A stretch of 64,000 nucleotides of DNA from Epiperipatus broadwayi (taxonomy: Eukaryota > Animalia > Onychophora), in contig JAQFVV010000001.1 of NCBI GenBank assembly GCA_028023455.1, forward strand, positions 16,182,001 to 16,246,000, given 5' to 3'. A program made the translations under genes and the position numbers. Positions 25,741 through 37,275 of this stretch are shown here, in pieces. Each line of letters starts with the position of its first letter. Positions within the stretch are counted from its first letter, which is position 1. Below the pieces are notes generated by a model. That model saw only the letters and a list, made by a program, of their open reading frames with translations, had not been told where the DNA came from and searched no databases.

Positions 25741-27769
25741 TATGGAACTAAAATTCACTCCCTATTTTTATATATATGCTTTACACTATCTTTTGTATTA
25801 TAATAAGAAAGATTGATTCTAATATATTTCTCATTAATGTTATAAGCATTATGTCAATCGATATTCTAAAAAGTACAATTTTGAATATTTTTATTGGAGA
25901 GCTAAAGTAGAAAATAGAATATATTGGAGAGTTACAATTACACATGATGATGAAGTATTTGAAAGAGATAAGTTTTTTGCAAAAGAAGTTAAAGCTATCA
26001 TCAAAAATATGAAATGAGTAATGAACCAGAATGTTCTATATGTGAATGTATTTGTAGTTTACAATTTGTTTTGTATAATTTTTAGTACTCTATTGTATAA
26101 TTTTTTGAAATTTATTTAAAAATTTTCTCTTGAAATTGGAATTGTCATCCTCATTTGTGAATTGCTACTCCTGCTGCTGCTGATAGCTGAGTAAGAAAAA
26201 TTTTAATTATTTTGGGTTTAAGTTTGGAACACTTTTTAGGCTTCAATTAAATTTAAAAAGTGTCTAAACTATCATTATATATTTCTCTTTTTGATTATAA
26301 TAAAAAGATACAAAATGCATATATGATATATGGTCTTACATCAACTGTATAGAAATCTCTTACAAATTATCTGAAAAAGTAATAAACAAAAAATAAAATT
26401 CTTAAATTAATTACAAAATTATAAATTTTTACATAACATGATGACATAGACTTTTTCTTGTCTTACAAAGTCTTTTCTAAATCTCACATTCTCATTTAAT
26501 CTTGCACACTCCTTCAATTAAATTTTTATAAATAAGTGATTATGTTTTAAGAATAACTGTTTTTTGATCAGTTTAAATATTGAAAATATGTAACCATCTG
26601 ATTTGTTTTTCAAAACATGAATATTTTTCTGCTGATAAGATTATAATTATTCATGATTTACTTCCATTATTAGAAGATTCGATGTATTTTATATATAGTA
26701 ATATATTTTATAAAATTTAAATAGAGATGTTTATTGGTTAGGTTATTTCTCTTTTAATATGTTCTGTCTATACTGATATTTTAGAGAGTAGTATTATTAA
26801 TGATTTTTTATTTCTTTGAAATTATTTTTTAGATATGTTGATGATTGTTTATTTATTATTGACAATGCAAACCTTATGGAAGTAAAGAACTGCACTGAAT
26901 TAAATTAACACATGCAGAAAAAACAAAAATTTAAACTTGACTTGGGGAACCTGAAGCCATTTTTGACTTCTCTTCTTGAGACTCAATATTGTTTATTTAT
27001 AAACAAATATAGTTAATATTTGTAAGATTGAACCTATATGTATAAGTACAACAATGTCTTTTTGATGATATAGTTCATTTATTGTTAAAAGTTTAAGCAA
27101 TACTTGTTTGTTTAAATATCGAGAACTCATTTTATTAAAATAAGATATAAAATAAAGTTTTAGTTATGTTTCCACAATTATTTAAACTAGGAAGTGATAA
27201 AATAAAGATTGTGCACTCATAAAATTATTTGTATCTTGGATCTATAATTATATTGGGGAAAAATTAAAATAGATAATTCATTAGTCAAATAACAATTTTT
27301 AATAATTTTAATAGATTGCTTTATTATATATATATATAAAGATACCAAAAATATTACATTTGTTTTATGGTCATATTCGAGTGTAGCCTAAAACACTGGG
27401 CATTAAAATAAAAAACCTCTCATAACTATCTTCAATACCAAAGGGACAAATTAATAAAGTAATCAAACATAAACAAAAATAATTAATTTTGATTATTAAC
27501 TATTTTTAACACAAATAAAAATTGAATGAAAATGGAAAAGAAAAAAAAATCAGTATCTAAATTACAATTATAAAAATAATCAGAGTGGACAATGTAATAA
27601 AAAAGATAGATGTAACAAAATAGAATATGAAGAGCACAAAAAAGTATATTTAGAAAACATTATTTGACAATCTTCATATCAAAAAAGTTGTGATGAAAAA
27701 ACAGCAACAGATATAAATATAATAATTTAATTTAAGTGGAGGAAAAAATTAGTACTCATCATGAAACTT

Positions 27770-27962
27770 AAAACGTATTCATTTGACTTATGATAAAATA
27801 AAAACGATAAAGATAAAACAGCTTTTACATAGTGAATTGCAAGAAAAAGCTTCTCGAAAAGGCGAAAGCACTATTAACTAGTATTGGTAATTTCCAGATT
27901 GCAAAAGTTCAGCCATTATTGCCATCACATTATCCTCTAGCTAAAAATGGCCAGATGTAAGT
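27770..27962 (+). promoter_or_regulatory. Candidate first exon/promoter in a CpG-retaining patch
   Basis: AAAAATGGCCAGAT|GTAAGT: ATG at 27947 in an A-rich context and a consensus donor at 27957. CG dinucleotides are locally retained at about 27770-28900. Confidence 0.3.
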
Positions 27963-28472
27963 TTACAAGTCAATATTGAATGATATCTTAGTTGATCAAT
28001 TATTTAAACTGAAAATTCTAATTCAGTTTAAAACCTGAATTTTTTTGGGCTTAGGTTCGAACCAAGGTTGTAGATATTGTAAGCGAAAAAGTTATTACTA
28101 CATCACTTAGTGTATTTTATAGATTATATAATTACTTATTACATTCCAAAAATTACTTATCACAATTAATTATTTTTTATTATCTTCTATCACTTGAGTA
28201 TTATATTTATTTAGTTTCTAAATATTTGATTTTTGTAATTAGCTGTATTTTTTTTTTTTTAATACAGTAAAGATAAATGCTATTTATTACTATTAATTCA
28301 CGATAAAAACTTTTCATTAAAACTTTTTTTTATTTTATCGCAATTTTTCTGTACTATTTTAGTAGTATTGTTGATCTGTAAATCATCGTCTTTAAAAATT
28401 ATTTGTTTATTATCATTGATGATTTCATCCTATTTTTATTTTAACGGTAGTAAACAATAAACAAAAAGTCTT

Positions 28473-28595
28473 GCATTGTTAGCCGAGAGGTATCGCAGCC
28501 GCCATGCAAGCAAATAGTTGGTTGCAGACGGTTGTGGGTTCGCGTCCCGGCCGATGCTATGACACATGGAAAAAAAAAAAACAAACAAACAAAAA
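28473..28595 (+). mobile_element. tRNA-Gly(GCC)-derived SINE, full-length copy
   Basis: GCATTG...CGATGC acceptor-like stem; A box TAGCCGAGAGG (28480-28490); CCGCCAT anticodon-like loop; B box GGTTCGCGTCC (28537-28547). These are followed by tatgacacatgg, A12 and (caaa)n. Confidence 0.85.
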
Positions 28596-29068
28596 TGTAA
28601 TAGATAAAGATTTTTACTTATTTACTTATAATTTGTTTATTTAACTATTATGATCAACTAACATTCTGTAAAACTTATATATATATAAAATAGCATACTA
28701 AAACTTATCTAAATATTTCTTTATGTAGATTTAAAAGTAAATATTATTAAATTTATAAGTAAAATAAATAAATTAAAAATAAAATTAACATTACATTGTG
28801 TAATAGTAACGCACTTTTGTGTTCGAAATTCGGTTAGATAAAACTTAGACATTTTTTTCAAGTTTCAGTTATGTTTATTTTTTTTTTTTTTAATAGCAGG
28901 CTCATAGACAATCCACTTAAATGTCTAATATTGATTTGGGTATAGTTATTTAGCTATTTTTTAAAACAAAAGATAAGACAAGAATGAAAAACTTTTAAAT
29001 CAGCACTATCCAGCAATTGGAAAGCTGCTAATAATGTATTTTCTTTCATTGTTTCTCATACGCTATAC

Positions 29069-29438
29069 CAGGGGTCCCCAACCCTATGCCCGCGGGCACC
29101 ATGGTGCACGCAGACCATTTTATGTGTGCCCGCCACTATCCGAACACAATAAAAAATTATTTATCTGATACAAATAAATTTAATTTTTAAAATTTCTTAT
29201 AAATTATTGTATTATATTGTAATCAAATTGTAGGGCATACTATACTTTTTACAGAGTAAAAATATAAACGTTAATTATATGTTAAAATTTTATTTTTGAA
29301 ATAATTATTTTTTTTGTACATTATGTGTATTATTAACAATATCCAACTATAACTTTACATTGAAAAAATAAATGGTGCCCACCACCTGGCCGGTATTATA
29401 GAATGTGCTCTTAAGTGCAAAAAGGTTGAGGACCCCTG
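29069..29438. mobile_element. hAT-type MITE, 370 bp, same family as 21060-21439
   Basis: TIRs caggggtccccaacc / ggttgaggacccctg; 8-bp TSD cgctatac at 29061-29068 and 29439-29446; interior nearly identical to the first copy. Confidence 0.95.
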
Positions 29439-29689
29439 CGCTATACTATTAAAAAAGTTCTATTTTTAATTTGAGCTAGAACATGCAAAACATTTTAAAA
29501 CATGAACAGACTTTGATGATGGCTTAAAATTGAACAAATTCAATAAGAAAATAACATGTAAGGACAGTTACAAAAATATAAATTAAAAAGAAAGCAACAA
29601 TTTATTAGTAAATTTTTAACTAAAAATAAGATAATGTATAAGAAAAAAAAGAATATGAAAATATTTCCAAAGCAATATATATATAAACT

Positions 29690-30100
29690 AATATTGAAAA
29701 TTCAGTAAAATAATATAAAATGAACTAGCAGCGTTATATCTAAATATAATCCTGAATTGATGAAAATAGATATAGAAAAAAACAACACTATCAAAAAAGT
29801 ATGACATTACACAATATTTCGTCATTGGAAGGAAAGTTGTATCAGCAATAAAAAGAAAGGGTGGCACTATTATTAAAATAATGATATAAAGTATTTGGAA
29901 GGGTTTTATAGAAAATCTTATAGTAACAAAAAAAATCCATACAATTATAGCATAAATTTGAAATTTCAAGCATTTTAAATGGAGAAGTTAGACAAACAAA
30001 ATCTATAAAAAATGAAAAAGCTAAAAGCATATGGAGAAATAGAGAAATTGTTACTAGTGATATATCAAATGCTTAAATGATAAAAATATTTTATGTGATT
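29690..30100 (+). mobile_element. Decayed internal RTE fragment
   Basis: Similar to 900-1250 (tcagcaataaaaagaaagggtggcactattatt; ggagaaatagagaaattgtt). Confidence 0.6.
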
Positions 30101-30639
30101 GAAAAATACAATAGTAAAATTCTTATTTAATTAAGAAAAATGAAGAAAAAGTTAGTAATTGTTATTCTATCAGTTTTTTTTATTAGTTCTATATAAGATC
30201 ATCACTAAGATCATTACAATTCATCTACAGAAAATGTTAGCTTCAAACCAAACAAAAGAATAAGTTAGATTTAAAGTAATTTTAACAAAAGAATGCAGAA
30301 AGAAATTCTGCTGTTAAATTTCTTTTTAAGGTTTCAAAACAACCAAGCATGGGAAACTGCTAATGCCAATTTCACTCATTCTTGTCACTGCAACTGTTAT
30401 TACTATATAATTCTTTATCTAATTAATGAATATAATAAATGTTGCTCACCAACATGAATTAGTCAGCATGATGAGTTTATTAACTTTTTACCTTTGAGTT
30501 TAAGATCAAGAAACAATATGGTCTTTCTTTTTAGTTGCCTGATAGTATTTAACTGAATTATCATTAAGTTTTTTTAAGGTTATATATATATATATAAGTA
30601 TAGAGGATTTTTAAGGTTATATATATATATATATAAGTA

Positions 30640-30830
30640 TAGAGGATTTGAACTCAGATTTCCAAGCACCCTTCAACTATCCACACTATCTCATACAACT
30701 GATACACATGACCACACACATGTAGAAAAGATAAATAATCACCAATATACGTATTTCATGTTAAACCAGCACTCATCAGTTGGTCCAGATTATCATCCCC
30801 CACACATTCTCTATACTTACAATTAAGCTC
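30640..30830 (-). repeat. Family C hammerhead repeat fragment inserted in the old RTE
   Basis: Matches 36645-36810 (gatttgaactcag, gaaaagataaat.atc, cactcatcagttggt.cagat.atcatc). Confidence 0.85.
30741..30784 (-). ncRNA. Minimal type I hammerhead ribozyme motif, family C, best copy
   Basis: ACCAA-CTGATGA-GTGCTGGTTTAACAT-GAAATACGTATA-TTGGT. Perfect 5-bp stem I, intact core, AUA triplet and a palindromic stem III segment ATACGTAT. Confidence 0.8.
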
Positions 30831-32279
30831 CTGGTTTTTTGTGAAGTGTGCCTGGTTTTCAAATATTTATATATATATATATACACACACAATTATGACA
30901 GAGAAAATTAAATTATGACCGTCATTCTCAGGAAGCTATAAAAGCAATAATAGCAACTGGCAGCCAAAGATAGACAGTGCTAAGAATCTCCTAGTTGTAG
31001 ACTCAGTTTGCCAATCAGTGGGGATCCTTTATTTAGTTACTTATAAATGCAGATAACTTTCATGTAAAGAAAGGTTACATAAAATAGAAAAAAAAACTAT
31101 CTAATATTAAATGGGAACTTGTTGACCATTATGAAAATGAAAAGAAAAAATAAAGAAACGATTTAAAAAGTAGATACATTCTTTACTATAAAAACACAAG
31201 TGGAGTAGGATTCATTTTAAATAAAAATGGAAGAAAGACATGGAAGAGGTAAATGGGAATGACAGATTCGCCATCCGATATAAGATACCAAGTAAAAATA
31301 ATACTTATTCATGGCCAAATAAGTTCTCATTGTGTAGAAGTAGAAGATTTTTATTTAAATATACAAATGTTTTTGTTATATCAAACATTTTAAAATTGTC
31401 ATGGGAAACTTTAATGCTAAAATTGAAAAACGATTTAAGAATTAAAAATGTTGTAAGTTTGAGTATGATGGCAGGAATGAAAGAGAACATAGATTTGTAG
31501 AATTTGCAGAAAAAGAAAAACTGTACATAATAAAGCTTTTTTTGAGAAAAATGCAAAGTGAAAATTAATATGGAAACATTCAAATGAAGATACAGCAAAG
31601 CTGTATTACATTTTGATTACTACATATATATATATATTTCAGGATTGCAATATTTTTAATAGATTCAATGCAAAACGTAATAATTAATTAATGAGATTTA
31701 AGATGTGCGTTAATTTAAAACTAGAGAGCAAAAATGATTAAAAAAACACTATTAACAGTTGATATTTCTAATCTTCAGAAACGCTCACATAAATTTAAAT
31801 TAGATCATACTAAATATTTTGAAGTATTGACAGGCTTTGATTCCCACTTAAATTTGAACAATAAAAAGATACTTGATATTCTACTAAAAACTGCAACAAA
31901 GATAACTGGTACAAAATGGCACAAATTTAACTGTACATTTTCAATTGAGACAAAAAAATATATGAAAAAAATGGAATAAGAAAAAGAGTTAAATATCTGG
32001 AGTTATGCAAAATTATCTCAAAAATAGTTAATAATGATATAAGAATATAAAATTGTGAATTGGTAAGAAGTAGATAAGAATAAACAAATTTCAAAAGTGT
32101 AAAGCAACATCATAGTATTAAAAAAAAATTATTTCAGCAATAAAAAAAAACATAGTACTATTATTAGAAAAAAAAAGGGCCAATAATTTAAAAGTGTAGA
32201 AATGTTTTTCAAAGAATTACACAGCAGTAGTAAAAAAACAAAAGAAAATGCAAAATAATCATTACAACTACTACATTTT

Positions 32280-35200
32280 ACCTCATACAAATTATATGAA
32301 GTTAAATTTCTATGGAGTTAATGTTAGGGGCTTGAACTCAGTTGACAGGGCACTTGCTATTAAAAATTGGATGGTCAGATGCCAGCCAAATGTCGTATGC
32401 ATGGCAGAGACCAAATTACATCTAAATTCATGTTGTAAAATTGATAAGATTCTGCAAAATCTGGGCTTCTTCAAATACTCAATTTCAATGGTACCAGCAG
32501 GAGGCATAGCTATTTTAATCAATTACAAGAAAGATCCTCCTACTAGCTTCAAAATTCTGCATCTAGATTCAAATTGCCTAATTGCTAACCGAAAATATAA
32601 CCACTTTCAAATCAACTTAATCTACCTCTACATTAAAAATAACCACAATCTAATCATGAAAGTAATCACCACCATCAACTCAGTCATGGCCTCAAATCCA
32701 TTCCCAGTCATCCTAATGGGTGATTTCAATGTGACATATAGTTCTTTCAATAAAAATATATTGACCTCTTTAATCATATACTGATGAGAGGAGAAGGATT
32801 CTTCCCTATAGATGCCTTCTCATTCTACACTAAAAATGCCAGATCCTTGATTGACCTTCTCTACTATTCCCCGAGTATTCACTTCAAAATCAATGCAAAA
32901 CTTCGACCAGTGATTTTTTCTGACCACTTGGCCCTAGAGTTATCTCTCGAAACAAACATTGGACATCCGATAGTTGAAGAGAATAACAACACTATTCAAA
33001 TGTTGCTAAAACAGACCACACCTGAACGGCTCTTTTCCGAGGCCTACATCTACTTTAAAAAATTGATATCCTAAGGCTACCGGTGGAGGAGGCATGGTTC
33101 TCCTTCATTGGCATCCTCCAATCCATAATAAATGAGGTTTCCCTTAACAAGAAAGGCCCTAACCACTTATTAGCCAATCTTGATGCTATTGACCAAAGAC
33201 TAAAAGAACTTTCACTCAATAATCAATTTGTACCTCTTGCCCTTGCCCTGAAATGCCAATACCAGGATAAGCAGAGATCTCTGGCTGAATATATGTCAAT
33301 CAAGTGAGCCAAGAGATTCCTTCCAGATCAACAATGCTGGTCCAAGAGTTACTTCCAGTGGGCACTGGGAACAGGTAGCAGGAAACTCGTTCCACTGTCA
33401 TTAACAATAGAAAACAACATTCTTGTGGGCCCGGAAATGATAGGGCAACACTTCAATTTGATTAGACTGGGAATGTCAATGGACTATTCGGCTTAGATGA
33501 GAACCTGACTCATGATATCACTGAGGAAAAGATCCACATCAAGCTAAAAAGCCTCCCAGAGAGGGTGCATCCAGGAATACATGGCATACCAAAATTCATC
33601 CTCCTACATCTAAACAAATATTCAGTGCCAATAATTAAAGCCATGATAAACCACTTAGAAGAGGGAAGTCGAGAGATTAACAACTTGTATCCAATATCTC
33701 TCATACCTTTCCTAAAGAAAAAAGATGGAAAACATGACTTGAATAATCTGAGGCCTATCTCAATGATTCCCCTTTTAATTAAAATCATAGAACAATTAAT
33801 TAAGGATCAAATCCAAGTGAAAATTTATAAATACATTTCTACCAATCAATATGCAAAAAAAGGGGAATCATCAATTAATGCCATTGGCCAAATGAAACTC
33901 CTTATCGATGTTATTAGAGCCCAGATGTCGAAATCGATCACTGTCCAATTCGACATCTCGGCAGCATTCGACTCAGTCAGGCCAGACATTCTGATTGATG
34001 TCCTCCAGGAATATGGGGTGCCATGTGTTTATCTGAGGATGATTGCAAATCTATTAGCCAACAGAATCATCCACATCACAATGAATGGGAAAATTGCACC
34101 TAGGTTCGAACCTTTATCTCTATTCCTCAAGGATCTCCACTTAGCGTGCTATATTTTATAGCTTATATCAACCCGCTATTGATGAAGATTGAGAGATCAC
34201 TGTCTGGAGTGTATGTACCTGCCATGGGAAGGGAGATTAAACATCTCAGTTATATGGACGATATAATCATCTGCCTGCCTTCCAAGAAATATATCACTAA
34301 ACTAGAGCAAATACTAGCATGGTACTCAGACAAATATACACTCAAATTCAATAAAAAGAAATCAGCCTCCTGGAGCTTGCTAACTGGCAGGAAAATTGCT
34401 TCAAATTTTACAGCTGACCCACAGAAATTCCTAGGCTTTAATTTTTCAAAATCCAATAGTGCTATGAGGAGAGAAATCGAAGAATCCCTATTAACAGAAA
34501 TTTGCCATACAACTACCTCCCTTTCTAAGATATATGTTTCACTTCATGGTAAGGTAAGACTTTTAAACTCATTGATATTCCCAAAAATTAACTACTTCCT
34601 ATCTGGTATCTGCCCCTCCAAAAAATTTATCAAAAAAATAAACTTGCTATGCATAAAACTATTCTGGGGCCAAAAGGTTGCTGCCATCAGCCTCCGAAAA
34701 CTTCAAATGCCTAGAAGGTTCAATGGCCTTTCATTACATTGTATCAAAACCATGATATTCCAGAGAGACTATAACCTACTATTCTGGTTTCAAAACAAAT
34801 ATTCAAGTATATCATATCAAGAAACTGTCACACCAACTGATAGACCACCGCCCACTAATAAAAGTTGGTGGAATTTGTTATTTGATAATATTCGGAAAGT
34901 TATTGATCTGAATGAAAATCCAATTATATCAAAAATTAAATACTGGAATGCATATAAAATAATACATGGGGAAAATAACATAAACAAAGGGTCTCTCAGG
35001 ATCACCAATCAGCAACTGATTTCAAAATCAAAATTTTGGTTCATTGAGGCAAAATTTCAAGTTTTCTTAATTAAAATTAACCTGGACTCCCTCCCTACAA
35101 ACTCATTTTTGGCATACAGGAGAAATTTCAAGAAGATCAATCCTGTGTGCCAGGTATGTGAGAGAGAGGAGGAATCAATTGATCATATTTTTCTTAAATG

Positions 35201-35576
35201 TCCCATTATGTCCAATTATAGATCGATATCTCATAAATGGTACAGCAATACAAGTGCAAACTACAAATCAATTAAAGATTATATAGGTCAGGGTCTATTT
35301 ACGGACATAAGACTGGCAATTTTTGTGAATTATGCCCTGTGGTGTGTCAGATGTAAAGTCACAATTGAAGGAACGAGAGACCCACATGGGACTAAATTTA
35401 AGAATGTCATGAAGAAAATCATGAAAAAGGACCAACTAATTGCTCCAAGCTATATCACAAGAGCAACATGGGAAAAGGTTGGATCTACTTTACTTCAAAT
35501 AGATATGTAATTGATATCATTTTTGTATTTGTAACATTCAATATAACAATAGAATAAAATTTTTCTTAAAAAAAAA
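32280..35576 (+). mobile_element. Tx1/L1-type LINE consisting of ORF2 only (APE-RT-zinc finger), relatively young but frameshifted
   Basis: APE motifs VNVRGLN, MAETK, MGDFN, IDLLY and SDHL; RT motifs LRPISM, QFDISAAFDSV, IPQGSPLS (across a frameshift) and YMDD; C-terminal CQVC...IDHIFLKC; poly(A) at about 35568-35578; 14-bp TSD aactactacatttt at 32266-32279 and 35577-35590. Confidence 0.95.
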
Positions 35577-36737
35577 AACTACTACATTTTCTGAATTGCC
35601 AAGAATTTTCATTAACATTTAAATCTTAAGTTCCAGGAAATATAATTATTAATAATACTTTAAAAAAAAAACTGGTGAAGAAATAGAAAAATTGTTGGCA
35701 AAATTATATATCAAATGTTTAAATGATGAAGAAATTATAGATGTTTGGAAGAATACAGCAATAATCTTGATATTTAATAAAAGGTGATGAAGAAGATATT
35801 AAAAATTATAAACTTATTAGTCTTTATTACTTCTATACAAAATCTTTACCAAATAATTACAACTCATTTAAGTGCACTTTAGATTCAAATCAAAGTTAAA
35901 AGTTCCTTTAGAACAGTGGAGTTGCCACTATGCTTTTGATGTGTAGATTATGAAAAAGCAATTGATTTTATAAGCTTATACCATCAAGATATAGACTCAG
36001 AATACTGTCAGATTTAAAAAATATTCATCAAGTACAACCTTAGTGATTATTTCAAATGGTAACACTAAAAAGAGTACGCATTGACAAGAGTATATGACAG
36101 GGTAATTCCATATCTTCAAAACTTTTGATAGCAGTTTTACAAGATTTTTTATTAAAATGTAAAGAATTTAATGGCAGTTGAGGCAGGTTTAAGAAATTAA
36201 CTGAAAGTACTTCTGCGGATTTGAGGATTGTTTGTAATAGTTTGTAAACGGTTAAATTTATTATTTCAATTATAATTACAATTTTGTTTTTAATTAACGG
36301 ACATTTTATTTATTTTACACACACACACATATATATATAATCAGTGCTCGGTTTATATTAAGATAGCAAATCTTCAAACTTTAATAAATAGGCTTCAGTC
36401 TTCTCTATCCTTCTACTCTTCAGCCAACTATATCATCGAAAATCTGATGATCGAACCCTCAAAAGTCCGTGTTGATGTCAATCCTATTATCATCCCTATG
36501 TTAACTTTAAATAACTCTGACCCTCACATGTAGGACCTTAATATGTCCATTTGAATACATAGGAAAGGGATGAGCAGAATACAGGCTGAATATGTAATAT
36601 TTAACTATAAGTATATTGTTTATTCTGAACTTAGTTACACCAAGAGATTTGAACTCAGCTTTTAAGCTCCCTACATCTATCTGCTTTATCTTATATAATC
36701 AATATTCATGATCACATATGAAAAAGATAAATGATCT

Positions 36738-36779
36738 CCAATATATGTACTTTGTGCAAAACTGCCACTCATCAGTTGG
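36738..36779 (-). ncRNA. Degenerate hammerhead motif, family C
   Basis: CCAA-CTGATGA-GTGGCAGTTTTGCAC-AAAG-TACATATA-TTGG; the GAAA element is mutated. Confidence 0.55.
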
Positions 36780-37235
36780 TTCAGATCATCATCTCCCACA
36801 CACATATATTTAATCAATGCTCAGCTTATATTAAGATAGCAAATCTTCAAACTTTAATAGACAGGTTTCATTTTTTTCTACCCTCCACTTTTGAGTTCAA
36901 ATCCCTTCTAATTACATTAAATTCAATAAAGACAATATACATGTATTTAAATATTACATATTTAGGACTGTATTCTGTCCATCCTTCTTCTATGTATTTA
37001 AATGGACATATTAAGATCCTATATGTGAGGAATCAGATTAACTAAAATTCAACATGGATATAACAATAAGATTGGCATCAACAAGGGGTTTGAGATTTCC
37101 ATCATCAGATTTTCAATGACATGGATGGCTTGGAGGTTGTAGAAGATTGATGCCTGTCCATTAATGTTTAAGGATTTGCTATCTTATTATAAACTGAGCA
37201 ATGATTATATACATGTGTGGTAGATGATAATCTGT

Positions 37236-37275
37236 ACCAACTGATGAGTGCTGGTTCAGCATAAAATGTGTATTT
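37236..37275 (+). ncRNA. Degenerate hammerhead motif, family C
   Basis: ACCAA-CTGATGA-GTGC-TGGTTCA-GCAT-AAAA-TGTGTAT-TT. Stem II pairs at 4 bp; G12 is changed to A. Confidence 0.55.

Noticed and set aside
28473-28557. Functional tRNA gene
   Set aside because: The D, anticodon and T stems have mismatches, there is an inserted hairpin, and a poly(A) tail replaces a nearby T-run terminator; truncated copies with TSDs exist.
36432-36470. CTGATGA at 36444, also present inverted near 37100
   Set aside because: No stem II plus GAAA follows; it is better explained as part of an ATCATC/GATGAT hairpin.
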